IMG/VR virus record: IMGVR_UViG_3300043464_002149
Reading direction: 5' to 3' (one strand)
DNA from: a virus
Lineage: Duplodnaviria; Caudoviricetes
Length of the DNA: 64,000 nt
Positions 21,243 to 31,700 of this stretch are shown one piece after another (within the stretch, counting starts at the first letter, position 1; each line of letters opens with the position of its first letter). A program made the translations under genes and the position numbers. The notes below the pieces were generated by a model. It saw nothing but the letters and a program-made list of their open reading frames with translations. It ran no database searches and was not told the origin of the DNA.

Positions 21243-22220
21243 TTAGAAATCTACATCACCAAACGCAGAGTTTAAATCTTCAGACTCTGTTGTTTTATTT
21301 ACACCTGCTTTCTGATATTCAGCAACTCTTTTTTCAAAGAAATTTGTTTTTCCCTGTAATGCAATGTTTTGCATAAAGTCAAATGGATTTTCAGTATTAT
21401 ATACTTTAGAACAACCTAAAGCAACTAACAATCTATCTGTAACAAACTCTAAGTACTGTGCCATTAAATCAGAATTCATACCGATTAATCGAACTGGTAA
21501 CGCTTCAAGAATAAATTCTTTTTCAATTTCTAATGCACCACAGATAATTTCTTTAATCCTTTTTTCTGATATTTTATTTTCAATATGATTGTTAAATAAA
21601 TGACAAGCATAATCACAGTGCATACCTTCATCACGAGAAATTAATTCATTTGAGAAAGTTAAACCTGGCATTAATCCTCTTTTCTTTAACCAGAAAATAG
21701 AACAGAATGAACCAGAAAAGAAAATACCTTCTACAGCGGCAAAAGCAACTAATCTATCAACAAATGATTCTGAGTTAATCCATTTAATTGCCCAGTCTGC
21801 TTTCTTTTTAATTGCAGGGATAGTCTCTATTGCATTAAATAATTTATTTTGTTCTTCTTTGTCTTTGATATATGTGTCAATTAATAAAGAATAAGTTTCA
21901 CTGTGGATATTTTCCATCATAATCTGAAAACCATAGAAAAATTTAGCCTCAGTATACTGAACTTCATTAACAAAGTTCATTGCTAAGTTCTCATTTACTA
22001 TACCATCTGATGCCGCAAAAAAAGCTAAAACATGTTTTACAAAATGCTGTTCGTCAGCATTTAACTTATTATCCCAATCATAAACATCTTGTCCAAGATC
22101 GATCTCTTCGGCAGTCCAAAAACATGCTTCTTGTTGTTTAAATAACCTCCATAAATCATGGTGTTGGATAGGGAAAAGGACGAAACGTCCGGGATTGTCT
22201 ACTAAAATCTTCTCGGTCAT
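21243..22220 (-). CDS. nrdB: Ribonucleotide reductase class Ia beta subunit
   Basis: [58 protein letters not shown]. Confidence 0.97.
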   Translation of the reverse strand: MTEKILVDNPGRFVLFPIQHHDLWRLFKQQEACFWTAEEIDLGQDVYDWDNKLNADEQHFVKHVLAFFAASDGIVNENLAMNFVNEVQYTEAKFFYGFQIMMENIHSETYSLLIDTYIKDKEEQNKLFNAIETIPAIKKKADWAIKWINSESFVDRLVAFAAVEGIFFSGSFCSIFWLKKRGLMPGLTFSNELISRDEGMHCDYACHLFNNHIENKISEKRIKEIICGALEIEKEFILEALPVRLIGMNSDLMAQYLEFVTDRLLVALGCSKVYNTENPFDFMQNIALQGKTNFFEKRVAEYQKAGVNKTTESEDLNSAFGDVDF

Positions 22221-22230
22221 GTTATTTGTT

Positions 22231-23622
22231 TTATTTATTAATTAATTCTTTTTGTTCTAGATACTCGTTGTAAGCTTTGTTCTTACGTTGTTTTGCTTCT
22301 TCTTGTTGATCTACTTTGAAGCCAAGTAATGTGTTCTGTTGATCCACATCAATTTCAAGAAATTCATTATTGAATTTACAATTATTAAACACAACACCAT
22401 CTCTACCAATTCTAGATTTTAATAAAGTAAGTGTTGCTAAATTCATTTCCTTTTGTTCAAGAGTTTTACCAATAGACAATACAACATGACCAATTTGAGC
22501 CTTCTTAATTGATCCACCCATTTGATCTGTTGTTACTACCTCACTCTTAATAGAATCTCTATTACCTTGTGTCGCAGTCCATATCGCAATATCAAATTCG
22601 GATGTCATAGATTCAAGTTGTCTCATGATTGCACCATCCCCTTTCCATTCCTCATTGTAGTTTGTCTTTTCTGGAGAGATACAATCAACATAGTCCAAAG
22701 TTACTAAATCTATTCGAAAACCATCAGCTTGCATCTTTCTTAATTTAGATTTTATTTCAGAAACAGTAACTGAATCACTAGGTATCTTCAATAATCTCAA
22801 TTCACCAGAAGATGATTTTTTTCTTTCTGTAACCATTCTTTCAACTTCTTCAGCCTGAAGTGGTTGTTCTTTTGGTGTTATTCCAGTCCAAATGGTAAAA
22901 TGTTTTCGTTTAATGTTATTAACGTTATCCTCAAAGAAAATTTGAACAACATTGTAACCTTGGTTAAATGCCTCATTTGAAAACTTGGTCAATAATGTTG
23001 TTTTACCTGTACCAGTTGGTGCTAAAACCACCCCTAATTCACCTCTACCTAAACCACCGTCTAACAAATTATCAATACCGACAACACCTGTTGGTATTGG
23101 TCTTCTATTATCCGCTTGTAAAGCTAAACTAATACTTTCAAAAATATCCACAACATCATTATCAGTTGCCCCAACTTGTAAGGCGTCTTGAATTAACTTT
23201 TCGATTTTGTGATATTCTTCAAATTCTCCTTTAGATGTAATCTCCTCTATTTTTTTAATGGTTTTCTTTAGAACTTGTTGTTTACAAAAGTTCATTGCCT
23301 TATCCTTAATAAGAGGAACACCACCCTGATCAATAACATGATCTTGTATATTCTTTATAGTGTCAATAAATGCCGTTCTAGCGGTATCTGAAACACTCTC
23401 AGAAAGAATTTTTTGTTCTAATGCAGAGTAAGAAGGGAGTGTTTGATACTTCTCATAACACTCCTTAATATTTTGCATTATAAATTTAAAACCATTATTA
23501 TCAAAGTAGTTTTGATCTATGACCTCAACAATAGATTCACCGAATTTACGGTCTTCTATTATAGTCTTTAATAAAGATATTTGATACGTGTGCCCTAAAT
23601 GGCCAAAGTTTTTTTCGGTCAT
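22231..23622 (-). CDS. dnaB: Replicative DnaB-like helicase
   Basis: Walker [33 protein letters not shown]. Confidence 0.92.
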   Translation of the reverse strand: MTEKNFGHLGHTYQISLLKTIIEDRKFGESIVEVIDQNYFDNNGFKFIMQNIKECYEKYQTLPSYSALEQKILSESVSDTARTAFIDTIKNIQDHVIDQGGVPLIKDKAMNFCKQQVLKKTIKKIEEITSKGEFEEYHKIEKLIQDALQVGATDNDVVDIFESISLALQADNRRPIPTGVVGIDNLLDGGLGRGELGVVLAPTGTGKTTLLTKFSNEAFNQGYNVVQIFFEDNVNNIKRKHFTIWTGITPKEQPLQAEEVERMVTERKKSSSGELRLLKIPSDSVTVSEIKSKLRKMQADGFRIDLVTLDYVDCISPEKTNYNEEWKGDGAIMRQLESMTSEFDIAIWTATQGNRDSIKSEVVTTDQMGGSIKKAQIGHVVLSIGKTLEQKEMNLATLTLLKSRIGRDGVVFNNCKFNNEFLEIDVDQQNTLLGFKVDQQEEAKQRKNKAYNEYLEQKELINK

Positions 23623-23646
23623 AATATTATAAAATTATAAAATAAA

Positions 23647-24090
23647 TTAAAGTTGATACTGAAGATATGTCGTTTCTGGATTACCATATGACAAAACTTC
23701 AGTTAAATCTGCCAAAATTCTTCTTAATTTTGGTCGAATATCTACAGCATATCTAACCTTTGGATGATAGTAATGCGCTGCGAATATTCTTTGAATAAAT
23801 ACATCGTCACCTTGCTTAATTTGTAGCAAAAAGTATTGTTCTTCCGCTTCTTTTGGATCTTCCACAAAGTCATTATTCATAAAAAATCCTTGATTTTCGA
23901 TTAGGTATTCGGAACTTTTTATTTTTAAATCTTCCGAAATTTCTTCACAAATATTTTTTACTTCATAATGCAATTCCATAGATTTTCTCGTCACAGGATT
24001 AAAATCCCTAACGTTAAAAAATCTTTGGCAGATGATATTGCCGTCTAGTGTAAGTAAAAATTCAAACTTGTTTTGTTCTTGAATGTTCAT
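23647..24090 (-). CDS. Hypothetical protein in the replication operon
   Basis: 147-aa ORF between the exonuclease and the helicase. Confidence 0.7.
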   Translation of the reverse strand: MNIQEQNKFEFLLTLDGNIICQRFFNVRDFNPVTRKSMELHYEVKNICEEISEDLKIKSSEYLIENQGFFMNNDFVEDPKEAEEQYFLLQIKQGDDVFIQRIFAAHYYHPKVRYAVDIRPKLRRILADLTEVLSYGNPETTYLQYQL

Positions 24091-24102
24091 AAGTCTTAGT
24101 TT

Positions 24103-25122
24103 TTATTTAATTTTAAATTTAATTATGGTTTTATTTTTTTCTTTTGTTGTTAATCTGAGAAATGGGTTTAAGAATTTAATCCAGGCATCGTCACTTTTAG
24201 GTAGAACCGTGAAAATACCATCTTCTGTCATCATTTTCATGGCGTTTTTATAAGAACGGCCATCGGAATCAAGTCTGTCGGTTATTAAAGATTTAACCCC
24301 TTCTTTAGCTTCATCAGTTAGTATAGGATCATCAAGACATACCATTCTGTTATTCATATCAAAAAACTCATCACCATATACCCCTAACTTAGTTACCCCG
24401 GTAAGAAAATTAGCAATTAACTTATTGTGTTTATCTGCTTCAAATATTAGATTACCTTGATTTCTCACTTCTTCTAGACTTAAATGGCGAGTCTGCATCT
24501 CAGGAAAAAAAGAGATTAGTCTCTTAATTCCTAAATTTTTAATTCCAAAGATGTTATCTGATGGGTCCCCACAAAGTATTTTAACCAGTTTTACATTTTC
24601 AATAAGAATGTTTTCATGATCATATTCAATCATGTCATTCTTTTTGTAAACCTTTTTGTGAGCTGGGTTGTAAATGCTTACATTTTCATTTACTAACTGT
24701 GCTAGATCTCTATCTGAAGAATAGATTATCTTTTTTTCATTAGGGGAGTTTTGTGTGTAATAAGCGATACAATCATCTGATTCACAATATTCGAATTCAC
24801 CTTGTCTAACGTAGATTTCTTCTAAATATTGCTTGATTCTTGATCTTTGTCTTTGATAGGCGTAAATTTCTTCGTCCGTCTTGATTCTTGTTTTTCTATT
24901 CTCTTTATATGGACTATATATTTTTCTTCTAGATTGGCTACCATCTTTACCGTCCCAGAAGACCACGATCTTATCAAGCTGATAATTTTCAAATGATCTT
25001 CTGAGAGTATCGATAAAATGAAACAAACCACCGAAATGCTGTCCTTTATAAAAATGGGTTTTTAACCCGTAGAAACCAATGGTTAATAAGTTGTCCCCAT
25101 CAACCAATAATGTATTAGACAT
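24103..25122 (-). CDS. 5'-3' exonuclease / flap endonuclease (T4 RNase H or PolA 5' nuclease-like)
   Basis: LLVDGDNL, VVFWDG, RRKIYSPYKENR, ESDDCIA, SSDRDLAQL, LCGDPSDNIFGIKNLG (helix-3-turn-helix). Confidence 0.92.
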   Translation of the reverse strand: MSNTLLVDGDNLLTIGFYGLKTHFYKGQHFGGLFHFIDTLRRSFENYQLDKIVVFWDGKDGSQSRRKIYSPYKENRKTRIKTDEEIYAYQRQRSRIKQYLEEIYVRQGEFEYCESDDCIAYYTQNSPNEKKIIYSSDRDLAQLVNENVSIYNPAHKKVYKKNDMIEYDHENILIENVKLVKILCGDPSDNIFGIKNLGIKRLISFFPEMQTRHLSLEEVRNQGNLIFEADKHNKLIANFLTGVTKLGVYGDEFFDMNNRMVCLDDPILTDEAKEGVKSLITDRLDSDGRSYKNAMKMMTEDGIFTVLPKSDDAWIKFLNPFLRLTTKEKNKTIIKFKIK

Positions 25123-25149
25123 TTAGTCTATTCTTTAATAGTTAAACAA

Positions 25150-26181
25150 TTAATCCTCGTTGTCTTCTTCTCGTATTGGTTCGAACTTAATCTCCTCGAG
25201 ATTATCAACTTTTTCATCAAATAGTGAGCTGATATATAACAAATTATCCTTCACATAATCCTCTCTAGATTTTTTCTCTTCTGCAGCTTCTTTCGCTCTC
25301 ATAAATCCATGAGGTGTTACCATAATTTTACCATCACCGAATTGAATACCATTAACGTGGTTTTTCATAACTGTAATCTTGCTTCTTGTTGCAATAGTAA
25401 CAGTTCTTTTATTCTTTGTGATAGAAATTTTCGTTGTTCCAGCATTCTTCTCGTTACCAAATCTGAATACTAATGTTGAATTCAACCAAATAGATTCACC
25501 ACCTTTTGCTTTAATTTTTGGTTGACCAAATGGATTATCTGGTAATTCAACCCAAGGCTGATTAACAATAATTAAAGTGTTTGTATGGTCTTTATCTGCT
25601 CTTCTTGAGCCAGAAATTCTTTGGTTAATCCCCATACCAATCTTATCTGAAAGTACAGATGCGTTGTGTTGTTTACCACCCTTACCTTCCCAGGTCATTT
25701 TACAAGGCACAGAGCCTACAGAATCCCAAAGGAATAGTAAATCATACGGTAATTCACCTTTTTCTTGTAAATCAAGCATTTCATTGATAAAATCAGTTAT
25801 TTGCTCAATATATTCGAAATCATTTTTAAAAATGAAATCTCCTGAATAGGTAACTTCACCAGTTGATTGATCAACATCCTTTGTTACTGGGATGCCCATA
25901 ATTGCAGCATGATCAAAATCAAATTTTTGTTCTGTGATAATAAAAATTGGTAACATACCTTTTTTAATAGCATCAGCTGCTGCCCCAAGTAAAGCTGTTG
26001 TTTTACCTGTATCTGAGTGACCTAAAAACATATTAATGTGCCCTAATGCTGGACCTGGTAATCCACTAGCATCAAGAAATGCATCACCCAAATCTAAGAA
26101 ACGATCTGGTTTATATGTTGTCTTGCTTGAATATTTCGAAGCAAGTTGTGAAATTGAGAAATTTTGTTTCTTTATAGCCAT
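25150..26181 (-). CDS. recA: RecA/UvsX-like recombinase
   Basis: Walker A GHSDTGKTT, Walker B LFLWDSVGS, LIIVNQ, KGGES, KNHVNG. Confidence 0.88.
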   Translation of the reverse strand: MAIKKQNFSISQLASKYSSKTTYKPDRFLDLGDAFLDASGLPGPALGHINMFLGHSDTGKTTALLGAAADAIKKGMLPIFIITEQKFDFDHAAIMGIPVTKDVDQSTGEVTYSGDFIFKNDFEYIEQITDFINEMLDLQEKGELPYDLLFLWDSVGSVPCKMTWEGKGGKQHNASVLSDKIGMGINQRISGSRRADKDHTNTLIIVNQPWVELPDNPFGQPKIKAKGGESIWLNSTLVFRFGNEKNAGTTKISITKNKRTVTIATRSKITVMKNHVNGIQFGDGKIMVTPHGFMRAKEAAEEKKSREDYVKDNLLYISSLFDEKVDNLEEIKFEPIREEDNED

Positions 26182-26194
26182 AATAATAATTTTT

Positions 26195-26228
26195 AAAAAA
26201 GAGGGCTTTTGACGTTATCTCCAGCCCA
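26195..26228 (-). terminator. Probable intrinsic terminator/attenuator between ssb and recA
   Basis: Minus strand reads GGGCT-GGAGATAACGTCAAA-AGCCC-TCTTTTTT. Confidence 0.55.
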
Positions 26229-26233
26229 TTGGA

Positions 26234-27085
26234 TTAGAATGGCAGATTTTCGTCTGCTTCTTCGTCTTCTTGAGGATCTTCAATCGGTGCTACAACTGTT
26301 TGTTTTTTACCAACAAATGTGTCTTCACCATTACTAGCACCTGAAACCCATTTTTTACCGTCTGAGTCCCAAGTTGGTGTTTCACCTTTCGCAACCATTT
26401 CTAGATATTCTTCTGGTTTTTTAGAGTACACGTCTGACCATGTTAACTCGTCATTTACCCAACCTTTTGCTACAGAATCATCTGCGTGAAGTGGAGATGG
26501 GTCTTCAGGAATAATAGAATTAATTGTTGTGTATTCCTTACCATTACCTGACTTTGTCAAGCTTAGGAATAATGTTAAATCTCTACCAGTTTGTAGGTCG
26601 GTAATATCACCTTTCTTTTGGAAAAGAGGGAAAATCTTATCTAAGATACCATCTTGCTTTCCGTTGTGTTTAAATCTCCAGAATTTAGGCCCATCTTGCT
26701 CGTTATCGCGATCAATAACCTTAACAATATAGAACTTCTTAGAACGATACTGACGTGCATATTCTTTGTCAGCCTCAACACCGGTATTCATCAATACCTG
26801 ATATACTTCATTCAATGGAGAACGCTTACCTTCTTGTTTTGGATCAAAAAGCTTTACCCATTTACCATCCACTTGAATTTCGTGGAAATAAGCCTCTTTA
26901 AATGGTGTTGTACCATCGGCTGTAGGTAGAATACGAATTCTACGTTCTTCACCTCTAGAACCTTTTGGTAAAACCGTTGTAAAGTACTTTTTTAATCTGT
27001 CTTCACTCGATACCTTGTTACCGTTTCCGCTTGCGGATTGTTTGTTTTTTTCGTACTGTGCAAGTACTGCGTCTACTGTGCTCAT
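26234..27085 (-). CDS. Single-stranded DNA-binding protein (T4 gp32-like)
   Basis: RIRILP...FHEI...YIVKVIDRD...KFWRF...GRDL; acidic C-terminal tail ending DEEADENLPF. Confidence 0.85.
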   Translation of the reverse strand: MSTVDAVLAQYEKNKQSASGNGNKVSSEDRLKKYFTTVLPKGSRGEERRIRILPTADGTTPFKEAYFHEIQVDGKWVKLFDPKQEGKRSPLNEVYQVLMNTGVEADKEYARQYRSKKFYIVKVIDRDNEQDGPKFWRFKHNGKQDGILDKIFPLFQKKGDITDLQTGRDLTLFLSLTKSGNGKEYTTINSIIPEDPSPLHADDSVAKGWVNDELTWSDVYSKKPEEYLEMVAKGETPTWDSDGKKWVSGASNGEDTFVGKKQTVVAPIEDPQEDEEADENLPF

Positions 27086-27122
27086 AATTTTTGTTTTAAA
27101 TTGACAATAGTAAAATATAAAT

Positions 27123-27149
27123 AAAAAAACCCAGATTACAAAATCTGGG
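27123..27149 (-). terminator. Intrinsic terminator
   Basis: Perfect 8-bp stem cccagatt/aatctggg (27130..27137 and 27142..27149), followed by T7 on the minus strand. Confidence 0.8.
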
Positions 27150-27223
27150 CTTAAAAAATATTTAAAAAAATAAATTTATTTGGATAAAAGGGGTATCTGT
27201 ACTAAATTCAGTACCATTGTTTT

Positions 27224-27460
27224 TTAATCTTCCCAACTTATCATGTAATCGTCATATGTACCCATAAAAGAATTTTTAGCGGTAACCGTATAACCATATA
27301 CATTTCTTAATTCGTTTGCCATTGATTCGTTCATATGGCTATTACCAACAAGAATTCTATATAGACCTTGTGAAGTAGCACCGGTAACTAATGAGTTAAT
27401 ATATGAAAGAGATCCGGTTGTAGTATTTGAAGCTGATAATGCTGCTGACCCTGATATCAT
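27224..27460 (-). CDS. Small hypothetical protein
   Basis: 78-aa ORF with an A-rich leader, followed by a terminator. Confidence 0.65.
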   Translation of the reverse strand: MISGSAALSASNTTTGSLSYINSLVTGATSQGLYRILVGNSHMNESMANELRNVYGYTVTAKNSFMGTYDDYMISWED

Positions 27461-27474
27461 TTTTTAAAATTGTT

Positions 27475-27855
27475 TTATTCTAATGTAAGCAAATAAGCTA
27501 ATTTATTAATTGATCCTAACATCTCATCTCTAAGGTTTAAAAGATCTGAATCTTTTTCTTTTGACAATTCATTATTAAACCCTATAAGTCTATTTTTTGC
27601 TGTTTGTAAAAATTCGACAATATTAAGATCCGTAAGATTCACCATTTGGATAGTGTCTGTAGAGTTATCTAAAGTAAATCTACCGTGTTTACCCATACAA
27701 ACTTCAACATATTCATCAATAAGACCTCCTAGTGTGTCATAAATGTCACCAAAAGCCATATGTCTAGCATAACCTTTAGTTTGCCAATGTAATATTTTAA
27801 ATTGAAATTGTAAGCCTAAAAAAAAGTTTACATTAGAACTCAGATTGTTGTTCAT
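27475..27855 (-). CDS. Ferritin/Dps-like four-helix protein (DUF5856-like)
   Basis: KILHWQTKGYARHMAFGDIYDTLGGLIDEYVE resembles the Dps H-W...H...Y...D.xxE pattern; C-terminal NLRDEMLGSINKLAYLLTL. Confidence 0.7.
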   Translation of the reverse strand: MNNNLSSNVNFFLGLQFQFKILHWQTKGYARHMAFGDIYDTLGGLIDEYVEVCMGKHGRFTLDNSTDTIQMVNLTDLNIVEFLQTAKNRLIGFNNELSKEKDSDLLNLRDEMLGSINKLAYLLTLE

Positions 27856-28471
27856 CTTTATATGGATTAAAACTTTGTATTAAATGTTCTTTTGAATAAT
27901 TTTCAACTTCATTTTTTGTCAAAACATATTCATTTTTACCGCTAGCTCTCATTTCTTCTTGTTTATGAGTAAAAAACTCTTGTGGTTTCTGGCTGAAAGG
28001 ATATGAATCCAAAGAACGCATTTCTAATTTTTCCTCTGGGGTTGGCGGTTTCATCTCTTGAACCTTTGTACCCAATTCGTCAATTTTAGATAATATCGCA
28101 TCCATATTAGTTAATTTAGATTCTAAATCATCTAATTTACTAAATACGGTATCCATTTTTTGGATTACACCATCATGTTCCATTTTAGAACTTTCAAGTT
28201 CATTCTTGATGTTTTTAGTCATATTAACTAAATCTGTAACATCAACTTCTTCAGTTTCGCTCATTTCTGGGCTATCTGGTAATGGTGCTGGTGGCATCGC
28301 TGCTCCCATTTCTGGACTATCTACCGGCGCATCTGCTGGTGGTAAATCACCACCTGGTGCTGGAGGTAATGGCGCAGGCTCTGCTTGCTCATTGATTACA
28401 TAGTGCTTAGCAGCATTTCTGTTGATTTCTCTAAATCTATTTACTTCCTGTATAAGTTTTTGTTCTAACAT
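27833..28471 (-). CDS. Hypothetical protein (Pro-rich linker and coiled coil; possible scaffold or internal head protein)
   Basis: Start moved to ATG 28471 (MLEQKLIQEVNRFREI) to avoid overlapping the upstream gene. Confidence 0.65.
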   Translation of the reverse strand: MLEQKLIQEVNRFREINRNAAKHYVINEQAEPAPLPPAPGGDLPPADAPVDSPEMGAAMPPAPLPDSPEMSETEEVDVTDLVNMTKNIKNELESSKMEHDGVIQKMDTVFSKLDDLESKLTNMDAILSKIDELGTKVQEMKPPTPEEKLEMRSLDSYPFSQKPQEFFTHKQEEMRASGKNEYVLTKNEVENYSKEHLIQSFNPYKDEQQSEF

Positions 28472-28475
28472 AGTA

Positions 28476-28673
28476 TTAGTCTTGTAATAGTTGTCTACCG
28501 TCTTCGGTAATGTATTTTTTATTAATTCTTTCAACAATTCCGTCTTTTGATCTGATTACATAACATTCACCAGTTTGTAAATCACATTCTTCTCTTTCCA
28601 TTTTATCATTTGATACTGTTCTTGAAACTTTTGGTTGTAAGAACTGATCAACCGCTTTGTTTAACTTTTCCAT
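28476..28673 (-). CDS. Small hypothetical protein
   Basis: 65 aa with the motif ECDLQTGEC. TATTTATA box at 28693..28700. Confidence 0.7.
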   Translation of the reverse strand: MEKLNKAVDQFLQPKVSRTVSNDKMEREECDLQTGECYVIRSKDGIVERINKKYITEDGRQLLQD

Positions 28674-28725
28674 AGTGTTAAAATATATTACCTATAAATA
28701 CATCAATATTTATCTTTTTCTTAAT

Positions 28726-31700
28726 TTATATCTTAATATACTTGATATAAACAACATCACCTTCCACTAATTTTAGTTTTCTCATTAATGTTGGGCTAAG
28801 GGCTGCACCAAATTTACCATAAGTAGCATCACTGATACTTGGTCCATTATGAATAGGCCCCTCAAATAAACCAGCATTTGGATCTACACGTGTTTCTAAT
28901 TTATATTCTGTACCATTTTTTGGTGAATAGAAAACCGTATCATATTCAAAAATGGTTTCTTTATTCTTGTTTGTTACATTCGCTCTAATTGAATAGTTTT
29001 CATATAGTTCGTTAATAGTTGAAAGTTTAATAATCTTATTAGGGGATGCTTTCCAAGAACTTACAAGCGATAAGTCAGCCGGTGAACCATCTTTTAATGG
29101 TGTGTATTTACCAGCCCCTAAAACACAAACTTTAGTTCTTAACCATTCTTCATTCTTATGCGTTATTAACTGAATATATTGTTCAGGTTTACCGTCTATT
29201 TGTTGTCCGTTATAAGGTATTAAATCAGTAAACAAGAAACCAGATTTTTTAACTATATTATTTAAATCTTCTCCTCTTTCAGGCGCTCCCGGATCTATTG
29301 TAAATGATTTATTATCAGCAGTTGTTAATGTTTTAACTGATGTCTGTAACTGATTTGCTTGTTGTTTTTTCTTAACAGCAGCAGAAAGTATTCTACTAAA
29401 TAACGGTCTATAACTAGACATGAAGCTACTTTCAAGTGAAGGTAATGAGCTACTTGAAATTCTAACCCCAGTAAATGTTGTTTCGAAGGTACCCTGTTTT
29501 ATCGAATGACTAACATCAAATACCAAATATGTACCCATAAACATTGGTACATTTGCTAAATAAAAATACATGGTTGGCTGTATCATTGCGTTACCCATAC
29601 AAGTAACAGTACATTGATATGATGCTGTTTTGTAAATGTCGAATAATCCAATATCAACAGAATGGCTACCACCACCACCTTGTGATCTAGCTAATCTCTC
29701 TTGAGCTAAAGCACTCTCTGTTGTATTTTTATATGTACTTTGGTCTAATGAGATATTTTTAAATATGTTTTGAGCTTGGTCTCCAAAGTTTATCTCAAAC
29801 GAAACAACTCTATTTGATTTCGACAAATCCGCTTCCATGAATATTTTTGGTTCAATAAGAAGTGGGTTGCCGTTTGGATTTTTAATATCAAACCCATCAT
29901 TTTTAAATTTATATTCCTTACTAACTCTTGTCATATCAAGATACTGTGACGTTTTGTTAATATATTGAAGAATAATTTTTGGTGACGATTCTTGATAATC
30001 CACATCTAAGTGTGTACCAAATAATGTTTTAGCAATATTCTTGGAAGGTAAAATTTTCTTTTTGTTTCCAGAATTTGTTCCATAAAAATTAACATACGCT
30101 GGTAAAGGTCTTAAATCAAAATTAGTACCCTGAATTAATAACGAAACGGCGCTATATAAATCTATTTTAATATTTTTTTCGTCCGCAAGTGAAATTAGGC
30201 GTTCTAAACTAATATACGCCTCATCACCAATATCTCTATTTGCTCTATCTAAGAATAAGAACTCATCCATTAAACTTCTTTGACCAATAGCATTACCTGA
30301 TATCCATTTATCATTAAATGATTTGAAGAATTGATATAAGTCTAATAATGTGGTTTTGGTTTCATTAAATCCATGATATATTGTAACCTTACCTTGATTT
30401 GTTTCTTCTTTTAGATCTGTGAATTTTCTAATTAAATTACCTAAGTATATTTCACGTCTATTGATTTGTGGTAAAACTAATTTAGATTCCAAATAATTTT
30501 TAAAATCAGTATAGTTCGGGGAAAAGCCTGGGGTATCTTGTATTTGAGATTTAACCCAGCCAGCATATATTCTGGCTAGCTCTCTATGCTCATATATGTT
30601 TTCTGGTGTTACTTCAATATCACTTATTTGGAAAAAGTGATGATATAGATTAGTACTAATACCACTATAAGTTGCACCTGTAATATTTTGACCAACGTAT
30701 AATTCAATTAATTTTTGATTTGCTGTTGTTAACTGTGATGAATTAAATGAGTTTACTGTGTAAGTTTTAGTTCTACCAACATACCCAAATAAAACATAAT
30801 TATCGATTTGTCTTGGATTACCAATAGTTACTTTGTCTAATGCCCTAGTGTTTAAAAGTGCATTTGTTAGTTCTTCTAACTTTTTAGTTTGGTTTTCTTT
30901 TATTTTAGATTCATAACCCTCGGTATTAAAGTCTATACCATCTTTAGAAATACTTGTTATCTCTTTTAATAAACTTTGGAAAGAACCATAATCTATCGTT
31001 TCTCTTTTAGTGTCTAGATCTAAATCAAGTGACGCAAACTCAATAAACATTTTTTCAAATTCGTCTAAGATGTCTGGACCAAAAACAGCGATTAAATCCA
31101 TTACACGTTTTTTATTTCCGTTTAATGAATATTCATCGTTTATGTTTTCAAATTTCTCACCATAATTGGGGAAATATGCTGTAGAATATGATGGATTTGT
31201 TTTTAAACTATTAGAATCATATATAATTCTAAATGAATCTTGTGTTAATGGATTAAAGTTATTAACTATATCATCAATTTGATTTGCATTAAATGAAGGT
31301 AATAGTGTATAGCGATTATCCTTTGCTGAAAATTTAGAATTGTCAACTAAACAAGTAAATGTATTTCCAGAATTGTTAGTTGGTTTTGATATCACAAATT
31401 TAGTTATCCCAGATGTTACAGATGCTGAATATTGAGTAGCAGAAATTGCTGCTAATAGTAAACTACTTAAACCAATACTTTCTGTTTTTGTAAAACCTTC
31501 AGGATTGTAAAAACTATATCCATTAACAATTTGTGAATATAATCCATGATAATAAGGATATAGACCGGTATATAAATTACTGTTATATGTCGCTCCTGTT
31601 ATTGTATTTGTTATTCCGGTTTGATTTGGTGTTGTGTTTCCAGTTAAATTAAATAGAACATTTTTACCGTTATCAAAAAAAGTTGATCCACTAATTGGAA

